Below are positions 57,450 through 64,000 of a stretch of DNA of 64,000 nt, piece by piece; the stretch's first letter is position 1; each line of letters begins with the position of its first letter. Position numbers and translations under genes: made by a program. Source of the stretch: a virus (Duplodnaviria; Heunggongvirae; Uroviricota; Caudoviricetes); IMG/VR virus record IMGVR_UViG_3300044568_003085; one strand, 5' to 3'. The notes beneath the pieces are model-generated. The model saw only the letters and a program-made list of their open reading frames with translations. It was not told the DNA's origin and did not search any database.

Positions 57450-58724
57450 TTAAAACGCAGCAATAATTGATAATACTTTACTACGTTCAGATGTACCAAT
57501 ACCATCTTCAAAAAGAGGCATGATAACACTTTGAATCGCACTAGTAAGTTCGAATCCATCTACAATTAATCCAGCAGTTTGTAAAGTATGTCTTACTGAA
57601 ACTGGAGTAGATAATTCTTGGTCTTTATATTGTTTTCTAATTTCATTAGAAACTTTAACAATTGCTTCTGCAGATTTTTCATCAACACCTGTACGAATCA
57701 TTAAGATATTAATCTCATCTGCTTCTTGAGGATATCCTAATTCAATAGGAAAGAATCTATCTAACAATGCTCTATCTATAGCGTTAGTACCAGAGTACTC
57801 AGAACCTAGATTAGCAGTTGCAAAAAACACAGTTTCAGGATTAACCTGAACTTGTCTATCGCATTCTTCACACGCAACATCTACTGGTAAATATCTTCTA
57901 CTATCCAAACAAGGAAACAAGATATTATTTGCAGCTAAAGGTGCTCTGTTTAACTCGTCAAGAAGTACAATACCTCCTGATTTAATATGTCCAACAAAAG
58001 GTGCAAATTCAAATTCTGAATGACCTTCTTTACCAATTCTGTGAACACCTAGTAATGCTGACTGTGCATCTTGAACAGTACCCATGTCTTGTATATACAA
58101 TGGTTTTGCCATTGCTTTAGCAAGGTGATTTAATAATTCTGTTTTACCAGAACCAGTTGGTCCCATAAGTAAAGTATTTTCACCTCTCAACACATTTCTC
58201 ACAAGTAAGTACCAGATATCTGGTTCAATGTGAAAACCACAGTCTTCTTTGGTAGGCACTGGATAATTTGCAGCAATAGTACGCTTCAAGTTAGTTCCAG
58301 CAGGTAATACTTCACCAGCAACAGGTAATGCAAATTTTGCATCCCAGTCAAATGTGTAACCATATGGTTCATACTTAGTTGCCATTTCTTTGGCTTTATC
58401 TACACCATAAGAAGAATTGTCAATCATGTAATCAATTAAGTGATCTACCATTGGAATTCCAGATGGATCACTTATTGGAAACACGTCATTTTCATAATAC
58501 ATGGCAGTGATACCATCTTTACGAATATGTAAATGATCAGTTTCAGGAAAATCATAACCACTTGCACAAAATACAGTACCTAATGGGTACTTTACAATGT
58601 CTGCAATTGGTGCTGTTATTTTTATATCTTTTACATTAATAGGCAAACCTTTTTCAAAAGATTGACCAGCTAATGTTTCTACTGCAAAGGATGTACCTTC
58701 TAATAATGCTTTAAATAGGATCAT
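57450..58724 (-). CDS. MoxR-family AAA+ ATPase (AAA_5; CobS-like) with a ~170-aa N-terminal extension
   Basis: Walker A LLMGPTGSGKTEL, Walker B plus the MoxR signature VLLDELNRAPLAANNILFPCLD (DE[IL]NRA), sensor and arginine-finger region ATANLG...AIDRALLDRF. Confidence 0.8.
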   Translation of the reverse strand: MILFKALLEGTSFAVETLAGQSFEKGLPINVKDIKITAPIADIVKYPLGTVFCASGYDFPETDHLHIRKDGITAMYYENDVFPISDPSGIPMVDHLIDYMIDNSSYGVDKAKEMATKYEPYGYTFDWDAKFALPVAGEVLPAGTNLKRTIAANYPVPTKEDCGFHIEPDIWYLLVRNVLRGENTLLMGPTGSGKTELLNHLAKAMAKPLYIQDMGTVQDAQSALLGVHRIGKEGHSEFEFAPFVGHIKSGGIVLLDELNRAPLAANNILFPCLDSRRYLPVDVACEECDRQVQVNPETVFFATANLGSEYSGTNAIDRALLDRFFPIELGYPQEADEINILMIRTGVDEKSAEAIVKVSNEIRKQYKDQELSTPVSVRHTLQTAGLIVDGFELTSAIQSVIMPLFEDGIGTSERSKVLSIIAAF

Positions 58725-58742
58725 AATTCAAGTTTTTAATAT

Positions 58743-59297
58743 TTAATATTTATTTAAGTTGGTCATAAACCCACCACAGGTTTCTAAAAAAGAGTGAAAT
58801 CTTTTTAAATCGTCAAGTTTTAAGCTGCATTCTGGATGATATTCTACTACTCCTTTGCCTATTACAGGTAACATAACAAAAAAAGTAGGTGTTAATGTGT
58901 TTAATTCTTCAATCAGATCATTATTGCTGATTGGATTGTTGTCAAATGTGTACCAGTTACCAGTTTTCATATATATTCTGTCGTAATTATACGCTTCTAA
59001 GAAATTTATATGTCTTGATAAATGTTTTGATAATTCTTCACAATCATCAGGGTTTTCAACTCCTAAAAATACATCACCTAAATCAAGTTGTTTTATAACT
59101 TGAATTTGATTTAACAATGTTGTTAGTAATTTCCAATCTGATTCTGGTAAAGTTAAATGAGCACCTGGTAATGTTTGTACATAATCATGCAAAACATGCA
59201 TGTAATTACCTAGATCTTCTGATGTTGTATTTTCTGGTATATCAGGTAAAATATAATCACCTGACATTGGACATAAACCTATTAAATCTACTGACAT
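58743..59297 (-). CDS. hypothetical protein (184 aa)
   Basis: ORF. Confidence 0.55.
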   Translation of the reverse strand: MSVDLIGLCPMSGDYILPDIPENTTSEDLGNYMHVLHDYVQTLPGAHLTLPESDWKLLTTLLNQIQVIKQLDLGDVFLGVENPDDCEELSKHLSRHINFLEAYNYDRIYMKTGNWYTFDNNPISNNDLIEELNTLTPTFFVMLPVIGKGVVEYHPECSLKLDDLKRFHSFLETCGGFMTNLNKY

Positions 59298-59367
59298 ATC
59301 TATAATGTTTATAAAAGTAACACAGATTCGCTATAAAAAATAATTGAATCTGCGTTACTATGTTACT

Positions 59368-59913
59368 TTATGCCATTCCTCCTTTAAAGTCATTGATGTT
59401 AAAACCAGGTGTTTCATCATCATCATCGTTATTTGATGCACTAAATGGATTTTTCATTTTTTTGATTTCTTCTTTAAGTGCTTTAAGTTTTTCATCATCT
59501 TGACTTTCAACTGCATCATCCATTCTTTTTTTGAAATCTCTAATTTGTTCAGCAATACCTGATGGTAAATTATCTACCATTTTTTCAAATTGAGTATTAC
59601 TTAATTTTGATGTTGTTTTTTTTGACATTTTTGAAGGAACTGTAATACTTTTTATAATATCTTTTTTGATTCCTTTCAATTGATCAATTAACACATCAAC
59701 CATACCTATTATTTCCATTGGTTTACCAGTAGACATGGTTACAGAGGCTTCTGGAAATCCATTTTCATCTTGAGATGCACCAATAATTAAATGACTATTG
59801 TAATCCTGTGAATCATTTTTAATATTTTCTTGAATTTTTCTTAACTCATTGACTGCACATTTTTTTTCTTGATTTTTCATCTTAATTTGTATTTGGTTAT
59901 TTAAATTCTTCAA
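59368..59913 (-). CDS. hypothetical protein with an acidic C-terminus (181 aa)
   Basis: ORF. Confidence 0.5.
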   Translation of the reverse strand: MKNLNNQIQIKMKNQEKKCAVNELRKIQENIKNDSQDYNSHLIIGASQDENGFPEASVTMSTGKPMEIIGMVDVLIDQLKGIKKDIIKSITVPSKMSKKTTSKLSNTQFEKMVDNLPSGIAEQIRDFKKRMDDAVESQDDEKLKALKEEIKKMKNPFSASNNDDDDETPGFNINDFKGGMA

Positions 59914-60214
59914 TTAACTTTTTTAAAGAGTCATCACATTCTTCAATCAATTCTGCAATTGGTTTAAGTTTTGTAACTACTCCACATAGTGTACTGTAAA
60001 AAGTTGTTTCTTTAAACATTTCTACATGTTCAGGTTTAACTTCTCTCATTGCTGTTGCAACTCCCATTGGTGTATCCACTTGTTTAGTAATTACATTTTT
60101 GTCAAGATTCTTATTCATTACATTTAAATAGTTTTCTAGTCTATAATAAACAAGAATTAATTCTTGATTTGTTAAACCAGCATACTTTTCTTCTTCTTTT
60201 TTCTTTGTTGCCAT
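59897..60214 (-). CDS. hypothetical protein (105 aa)
   Basis: ORF. Confidence 0.45.
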   Translation of the reverse strand: MATKKKEEEKYAGLTNQELILVYYRLENYLNVMNKNLDKNVITKQVDTPMGVATAMREVKPEHVEMFKETTFYSTLCGVVTKLKPIAELIEECDDSLKKLIEEFK

Positions 60215-60765
60215 TATAGTTCAATGTTTTCAGTTGATAGTGTATAAAAATTCCTAGGTAATAATCTTCTTTTAACAAACTCATCAATTATTTCACGAGT
60301 TGAGATACCTAATTTCTTTAAAGTTGCACTTTTGGGCAACTCTAACAACCAATCAAAATCTTTTTCACCTATATTAACGTGAGAAAAAATACTATTGACA
60401 AGATTTGTTTCGTTCTTGTACAACTTTTTTGCTTTCATAACATGCAATGCTCTACTTGCTTTATTGTAATCATTTACAATTCTACTAATAGATACTGGTG
60501 ATAATGCAGCAATTTGTTCTGGACCATATTCTGATAGTCCATACATTAATCTTCTATACATTTGACGCTGAACTAAATTCAAATGAATTCGATCTTGTGT
60601 TTCTTGTATATGTTTTGGTTTGATTTCTGTTTTTGCTTGATATGTATCAACATATTTTTGCAAAATCACTTTGCCATTTTTGTCAATTGCAACTGTTCCT
60701 TGAGCAGTCGCTGTGATGGAGTTAAATTTTTCCTTCATTTTTGAGGATTTTAGATTGTTCGACAT
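60214..60765 (-). CDS. hypothetical protein (183 aa), a possible DNA-binding or regulatory protein (C-terminal HTH-like LKKLGISTREIIDEFVKRRL)
   Basis: ORF with a weak helix-turn-helix pattern near the C-terminus. Confidence 0.5.
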   Translation of the reverse strand: MSNNLKSSKMKEKFNSITATAQGTVAIDKNGKVILQKYVDTYQAKTEIKPKHIQETQDRIHLNLVQRQMYRRLMYGLSEYGPEQIAALSPVSISRIVNDYNKASRALHVMKAKKLYKNETNLVNSIFSHVNIGEKDFDWLLELPKSATLKKLGISTREIIDEFVKRRLLPRNFYTLSTENIEL

Positions 60766-60820
60766 AAAGTTTAAATTAAACAGAGTTAAATCTCTGTTGT
60801 TTTGTCAATTGTAAATAATC

Positions 60821-61066
60821 TTATCTTTTAGAGATGACTGTTTCAATATCAATAAAATGTGAAACAGTTTTTATTATGATTAGATTTGTCATACTTATTG
60901 GTGATAACAAAAACATAATGAGATCAATGATTTGCAAAACACCACTTGTTTTATAGGTGTCATACGTCATTAAGTATCCTATTATGTATGTGAATAATAT
61001 ATATAATTCTAACATATTACTTGTTGTAAATATATTTATGTGGAATAAATACTTCCAATCCTTCAA
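60821..61066 (-). CDS. small membrane protein (81 aa; the start may be the internal Met at about 61015)
   Basis: Two hydrophobic helices. It overlaps 61017..61283 unless the internal start is used. Confidence 0.35.
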   Translation of the reverse strand: MKDWKYLFHINIFTTSNMLELYILFTYIIGYLMTYDTYKTSGVLQIIDLIMFLLSPISMTNLIIIKTVSHFIDIETVISKR

Positions 61067-61283
61067 GCACGCTATTTTCTTTTGCTAACTTGTACACTTC
61101 TTTAGGACTATCTCCAGTTATAACACAGTTAAAACCATCAATATCCTTACCTATTGCAATTACCTTTGGTGATTTAATATTATTAATTGCATCTTCAATT
61201 GTATATTCTGAATCTAAATCACCACTACAAGAAAACATATTTTCTTCTTGCATTTTCAAAAACATTTCTCCTGATTTACTCAT
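61017..61283 (-). CDS. hypothetical protein (88 aa)
   Basis: ORF. Confidence 0.5.
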   Translation of the reverse strand: MSKSGEMFLKMQEENMFSCSGDLDSEYTIEDAINNIKSPKVIAIGKDIDGFNCVITGDSPKEVYKLAKENSVLEGLEVFIPHKYIYNK

Positions 61284-61662
61284 TATCTGCAGGTTTTACT
61301 TCTTTAATGTGAATTCCTTTATGCACAGTAAATGTTACATTCAGTTTTTCAGTTTCTTCAGGAATGTTGTGTTTTTCGTAAAATTCTTCTTTGGATGTAT
61401 GAGCACCTCCAATAGATTTTGACCATTCCATAAATTCTTCAAATCCTTCTTCTGGAAGTGCATTGATAAGATCAACCATTTCCATCACTTTTAATACACT
61501 ATCAAGATCTTCTTGAGTAAGCACATTTTCACCACATTTTGGACAAGGTGTGTTTAACCATTCTTTGTAGTTTTCAACTTTGATAGTTTCATCTGTCCAA
61601 TCACAAGAAGGACTGTCACATTGCAGTCCTCCTGATTTACGTTCAATTCTTTGTGTCTCCAT
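61276..61662 (-). CDS. zinc-binding hypothetical protein (128 aa)
   Basis: CDSPSCDW ... CPKCGEN gives a four-Cys ribbon. Confidence 0.55.
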   Translation of the reverse strand: METQRIERKSGGLQCDSPSCDWTDETIKVENYKEWLNTPCPKCGENVLTQEDLDSVLKVMEMVDLINALPEEGFEEFMEWSKSIGGAHTSKEEFYEKHNIPEETEKLNVTFTVHKGIHIKEVKPADNE

Positions 61663-61663
61663 G

Positions 61664-61975
61664 TTAAATTTCTACTGTTTTAGTATATACTTCTGAATCA
61701 AGGTCTTGTAAAACATTTAAAAACACTTTAATATTTTCAATTGTTTCTGGTGCAAATAACATTGTCGCAACAAAAACTCTACCACGAAGAACAAATTGAG
61801 TTCCTTCATTTGGTGCATCTTTTAATTTGATTTGTTCCTCTTTTGATAAATATCTTACAAATTCAATTAAAATATTACCATCATCTTGTTTTGTATAATT
61901 AATTCTCTTATTATAAGATCTTGCTACAAATGCATTTGAATATGCAGTTATTTTGGTTATATCTGATTTTGCCAT
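61664..61975 (-). CDS. hypothetical protein (103 aa)
   Basis: ORF. Confidence 0.5.
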   Translation of the reverse strand: MAKSDITKITAYSNAFVARSYNKRINYTKQDDGNILIEFVRYLSKEEQIKLKDAPNEGTQFVLRGRVFVATMLFAPETIENIKVFLNVLQDLDSEVYTKTVEI

Positions 61976-61976
61976 T

Positions 61977-62149
61977 TACTTGTTATTTAAGTTTAATCTG
62001 TCTAATTCATTTAATACATTTGTAATTAATGCATCAATTTTCTTTGCTACTGGATGTACACTTTTACGTGGAAATAAATCCTGAAGTTGTGACAACATAA
62101 CATATTGAGATTTTAACTCAATAGTTCTAATAGTTTCTATTGGAGTCAT
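61977..62149 (-). CDS. small ORF, 56 aa (MTPIETIRTIELKSQYVMLSQLQDLFPRKSVHPVAKKIDALITNVLNELDRLNLNNK), below the ORF-track cutoff
   Basis: Fills the 170-nt gap exactly. Its start overlaps the upstream stop (ATGA) and its stop abuts the downstream start. Confidence 0.35.
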
Positions 62150-62337
62150 AATCCTTTTTCTTTTTTATAGATTTCTAATAGTTCTTCAAGAATGTAATTT
62201 TGTTTATGTTCAATATAAACATCTAATACCCACTCTGCAAATCCAATAGCAAATTCATCTGCTATAACTTCTGCATTTTGAATATCAAATCTTTTACCTG
62301 ATTTAAATGCATCTATAAATTTTTCTTTTAGTGTCAT
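62146..62337 (-). CDS. hypothetical protein (63 aa)
   Basis: ORF. Confidence 0.4.
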   Translation of the reverse strand: MTLKEKFIDAFKSGKRFDIQNAEVIADEFAIGFAEWVLDVYIEHKQNYILEELLEIYKKEKGL

Positions 62338-62339
62338 AA

Positions 62340-62648
62340 TTAAATAATTTCAGGATAATCATCACATTCTTTATCAATATGCAATTGTTTTACATCTAAA
62401 TATTCTTTCAAAATCTTTTTGTCCATGTCAATATCATAATCTATGACATCATTAAAAAACTCAAGATCTTGTAAATATATTTCGTCATCTGTATCCACAT
62501 TTATAATTTTTACAGATAGTTTTTCTTGATTGTACTCTATCATAAGATATTTTACAATTGAACCGTCAATCTTTATCCTTTTATCTAAAGAATAATACTT
62601 TTGTATTATATTACCAAGTACAATTACTTCGTATAATGTTGCATCCAT
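62340..62648 (-). CDS. hypothetical acidic protein (102 aa)
   Basis: ORF. Confidence 0.5.
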   Translation of the reverse strand: MDATLYEVIVLGNIIQKYYSLDKRIKIDGSIVKYLMIEYNQEKLSVKIINVDTDDEIYLQDLEFFNDVIDYDIDMDKKILKEYLDVKQLHIDKECDDYPEII

Positions 62649-62650
62649 AA

Positions 62651-62953
62651 TTAGTATGCAAATTTAGAGTTTAGACTTATAGTATCTTCTTGTAAGATTC
62701 TAAAATCATTTTCCATTTTACGCATGTCTTGTTCACGTAATTCAGATAGTTTTTTACCAACAGCTATTAACACGTTGTTTTGAGTTTTAGTATCAAAATC
62801 ACGTCTTAATAAATAGACAACTTTGTCTATGTAATCATTTTCAATTTCAGGTTCTGGTGACAATAGCATAGACATTTTTGTCTTTAATGCAATCCATTTT
62901 TGTTTAAACTTTTTCATATATTTATTTTTTGTTTTTGTGTACTTTTTTTGCAA
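62651..62953 (-). CDS. hypothetical protein (100 aa)
   Basis: ORF. Confidence 0.5.
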   Translation of the reverse strand: MQKKYTKTKNKYMKKFKQKWIALKTKMSMLLSPEPEIENDYIDKVVYLLRRDFDTKTQNNVLIAVGKKLSELREQDMRKMENDFRILQEDTISLNSKFAY

Positions 62954-63272
62954 TTCCTGTCATTGATGCTGGATCAATCAGATATGCGTCAATTAGATCT
63001 TTAATGTTTTTCATTTCCCATAATGGAACTTTTGATACTGTTTTTAAATACTCATCATAAGTTTCATATAGTGCTATTGTGTCTTCTTCTTTATATTCAA
63101 AATATATGTCAAAGAATTTCGTTTCTAACTTTTTAAATTGTTCTAAAAAGTTATTTACAAAGTTTTTAAAAACTCCTGTAAACCAGTTTTGTGCTTTCAT
63201 CTCAACTATGTAGTTTTGAAGCACTTGCGCTGCTATAGCTGTGTGTAATACTTTTAGTTCTTGTGGTATCAT
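62922..63272 (-). CDS. hypothetical protein (116 aa)
   Basis: ORF. Confidence 0.5.
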   Translation of the reverse strand: MIPQELKVLHTAIAAQVLQNYIVEMKAQNWFTGVFKNFVNNFLEQFKKLETKFFDIYFEYKEEDTIALYETYDEYLKTVSKVPLWEMKNIKDLIDAYLIDPASMTGIAKKVHKNKK

Positions 63273-63577
63273 TTTCTAATTTTTTGTTTAGAAGTGTGTA
63301 ATATTTCAAAACAAGATGGATCTATATTACAACCAAATATATTTCTTTCAATATGCACACTAGAAACATCAAGTGATATTTCTTTAGTACTTCTGTCATA
63401 TAAATTGTGTCTTGATACCCATGTTATATCACCAACATTTGGTATTTTACCTTTTAATGATAACGGTAGTGTATCTTTTACAAAATCGCCTTCACAATTC
63501 CACACAAGTTCTGAGACGACTAATAAGTATACAATATCCATGTCATCTGGTGGTGTACTATATTTATAGTTATTCAT
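63269..63577 (-). CDS. hypothetical protein (102 aa), the first gene of the long leftward operon within this window
   Basis: ORF preceded (on the - strand) by a 267-bp ORF-free region. Confidence 0.5.
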   Translation of the reverse strand: MNNYKYSTPPDDMDIVYLLVVSELVWNCEGDFVKDTLPLSLKGKIPNVGDITWVSRHNLYDRSTKEISLDVSSVHIERNIFGCNIDPSCFEILHTSKQKIRK

Positions 63578-63605
63578 AATTATAAGTATTTATTAAAAAA
63601 TCAAA

Positions 63606-63882
63606 GTGTCCAACATATGGGTGTTATTTTCCCTCTAACATTATTGTAAAGGGAATAACACCACTATAGTTGTGTTGTTGGTATTCTTACCGCAGTTTAC
63701 CAACAAAAAGTTTTACTGTCTTTCCAGTTGTCACTCATATACAAATTTGTTACCTGAAAACTTCACAAAGTGCAAAGCACCATGATTACACACACATATC
63801 AGTAACAGTCGAAACGATCATTTGTACGACCAACATTGCAGAGTTTACAAGGAGTTATTAGATACGTGTGTGTCCAATATAT
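63606..63882. repeat. 13-bp imperfect direct repeats GTGTCCAA(C/T)ATAT (63606-63618 and 63870-63882) bracketing the ORF-free region
   Basis: 12 of 13 positions are identical and the copies are about 264 bp apart. The enclosed segment is GC-richer. The second copy lies inside the 3' end of the partial ORF 63845..64000. Confidence 0.5.
63620..63662. promoter_or_regulatory. strong imperfect hairpin (9 bp, 2-nt bulge, 4 bp; 15-nt loop) about 45 nt upstream of the 63577 start codon on the - strand
   Basis: GGTGTTATT(TT)CCCT pairs with AGGG-AATAACACC. No directly adjacent T-run, so it looks more like an operator or attenuator or RNA element than a canonical terminator. Confidence 0.4.
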
Positions 63883-64000
63883 TTTCTATAGTAGTAGAGT
63901 TGTATTTCAAAAGAAGTATTCTTTCTTTCTTACCAAATCTAACTTTAATTGCTTCACCAGGAATAACATTAATAATTTCTCCTGTACCGAATGAAGTGTG
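63845..64000 (-). CDS. hypothetical protein, 3'-terminal fragment (C-terminal 51 aa: ...GTGEIINVIPGEAIKVRFGKKERILLLKYNSTTIENILDTHVSNNSL); the gene continues beyond the window end
   Basis: Frame open from nt 64000 down to the stop at 63845-63847. Confidence 0.4.
   Translation of the reverse strand, partial: HTSFGTGEIINVIPGEAIKVRFGKKERILLLKYNSTTIENILDTHVSNNSL

Noticed and set aside
57371-57559. 62-aa ORF overlapping the 3' end of the MoxR/CobS-like ATPase gene
   Set aside because: It overlaps a motif-supported gene by 110 nt in a different frame and has no signal of its own.
63670-63861. Plus-strand 63-aa ORF in the 63.6-63.9 kb region
   Set aside because: It lies in the GC-richer non-coding segment, has a Cys/Ser/Thr-rich improbable translation, no ribosome-binding context, and is opposite to the local gene orientation.
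1-64000. CRISPR arrays, a reverse transcriptase or DGR, an integrase, and rRNA genes
   Set aside because: No regularly spaced direct repeats, no YxDD reverse-transcriptase motif, no tyrosine- or serine-recombinase motif and no rRNA-like GC-rich blocks were seen on either strand.

Overview
AT-rich (about 30% GC by eye) double-stranded DNA phage genome segment with two opposed gene blocks. This summary covers the block layout, the recognisable functions, the likely phage group and the loci that stand out. Block 1 (1-28.4 kb, + strand) is virion, tail-fibre and lysis genes, and block 2 (28.5-63.6 kb, - strand) is a tightly packed replication, recombination and nucleotide-metabolism operon. They meet at a convergent terminator zone at 28.4-28.56 kb.

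Block 1 begins with a 5'-partial ORF that runs off the window start, followed by two giant ORFs of 4014 aa and 1962 aa, a 1094-aa Gly/Ser/Thr-rich tail fibre, and a lysis cassette (multi-TM membrane protein plus a 138-aa peptidase-M15 endolysin). It ends with a second receptor-binding-like gene pair carrying DUF285-type 26-residue repeats (motif IGxWDTSxVTxMxxMF). The block is interrupted by a three-gene leftward islet at 22.9-24.0 kb.

Block 2 has recognisable motifs for: a small family-B DNA polymerase; a DnaG/TOPRIM-like primase; a DnaB-family helicase; an SF2 helicase; an AAA_24 (Sak4-like) ATPase; a PD-(D/E)XK nuclease; uracil-DNA glycosylase; dUTPase; a T4 gp1-like dNMP kinase; a HAD phosphatase; two calcineurin-like phosphoesterases; GIY-YIG and HNH endonucleases. 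It also carries a cluster of SPFH/band-7 protein, small membrane protein, vWA (CobT-like) protein and MoxR/CobS-like AAA+ ATPase.

The giant virion ORFs plus this type of replication module in an AT-rich genome suggest a crAss-like (Crassvirales-like) podophage of a Bacteroidota host. That is inference from gene content, not a database hit.

The most unusual loci are: (i) the 4014-aa ORF, which carries an HExxH motif and a DFDID (DxDxD) motif and is a candidate fused virion RNA polymerase; (ii) a 470-bp GC-richer, ORF-free candidate structured RNA at 53.6-54.06 kb; (iii) a tRNA-like T-arm element at 51.41-51.48 kb that does not fold into a full cloverleaf; (iv) an ORF-free 267-bp region at 63.58-63.84 kb bracketed by 13-bp direct repeats with a strong hairpin.

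No CRISPR array, integrase, reverse transcriptase, rRNA or confidently folded tRNA was found.
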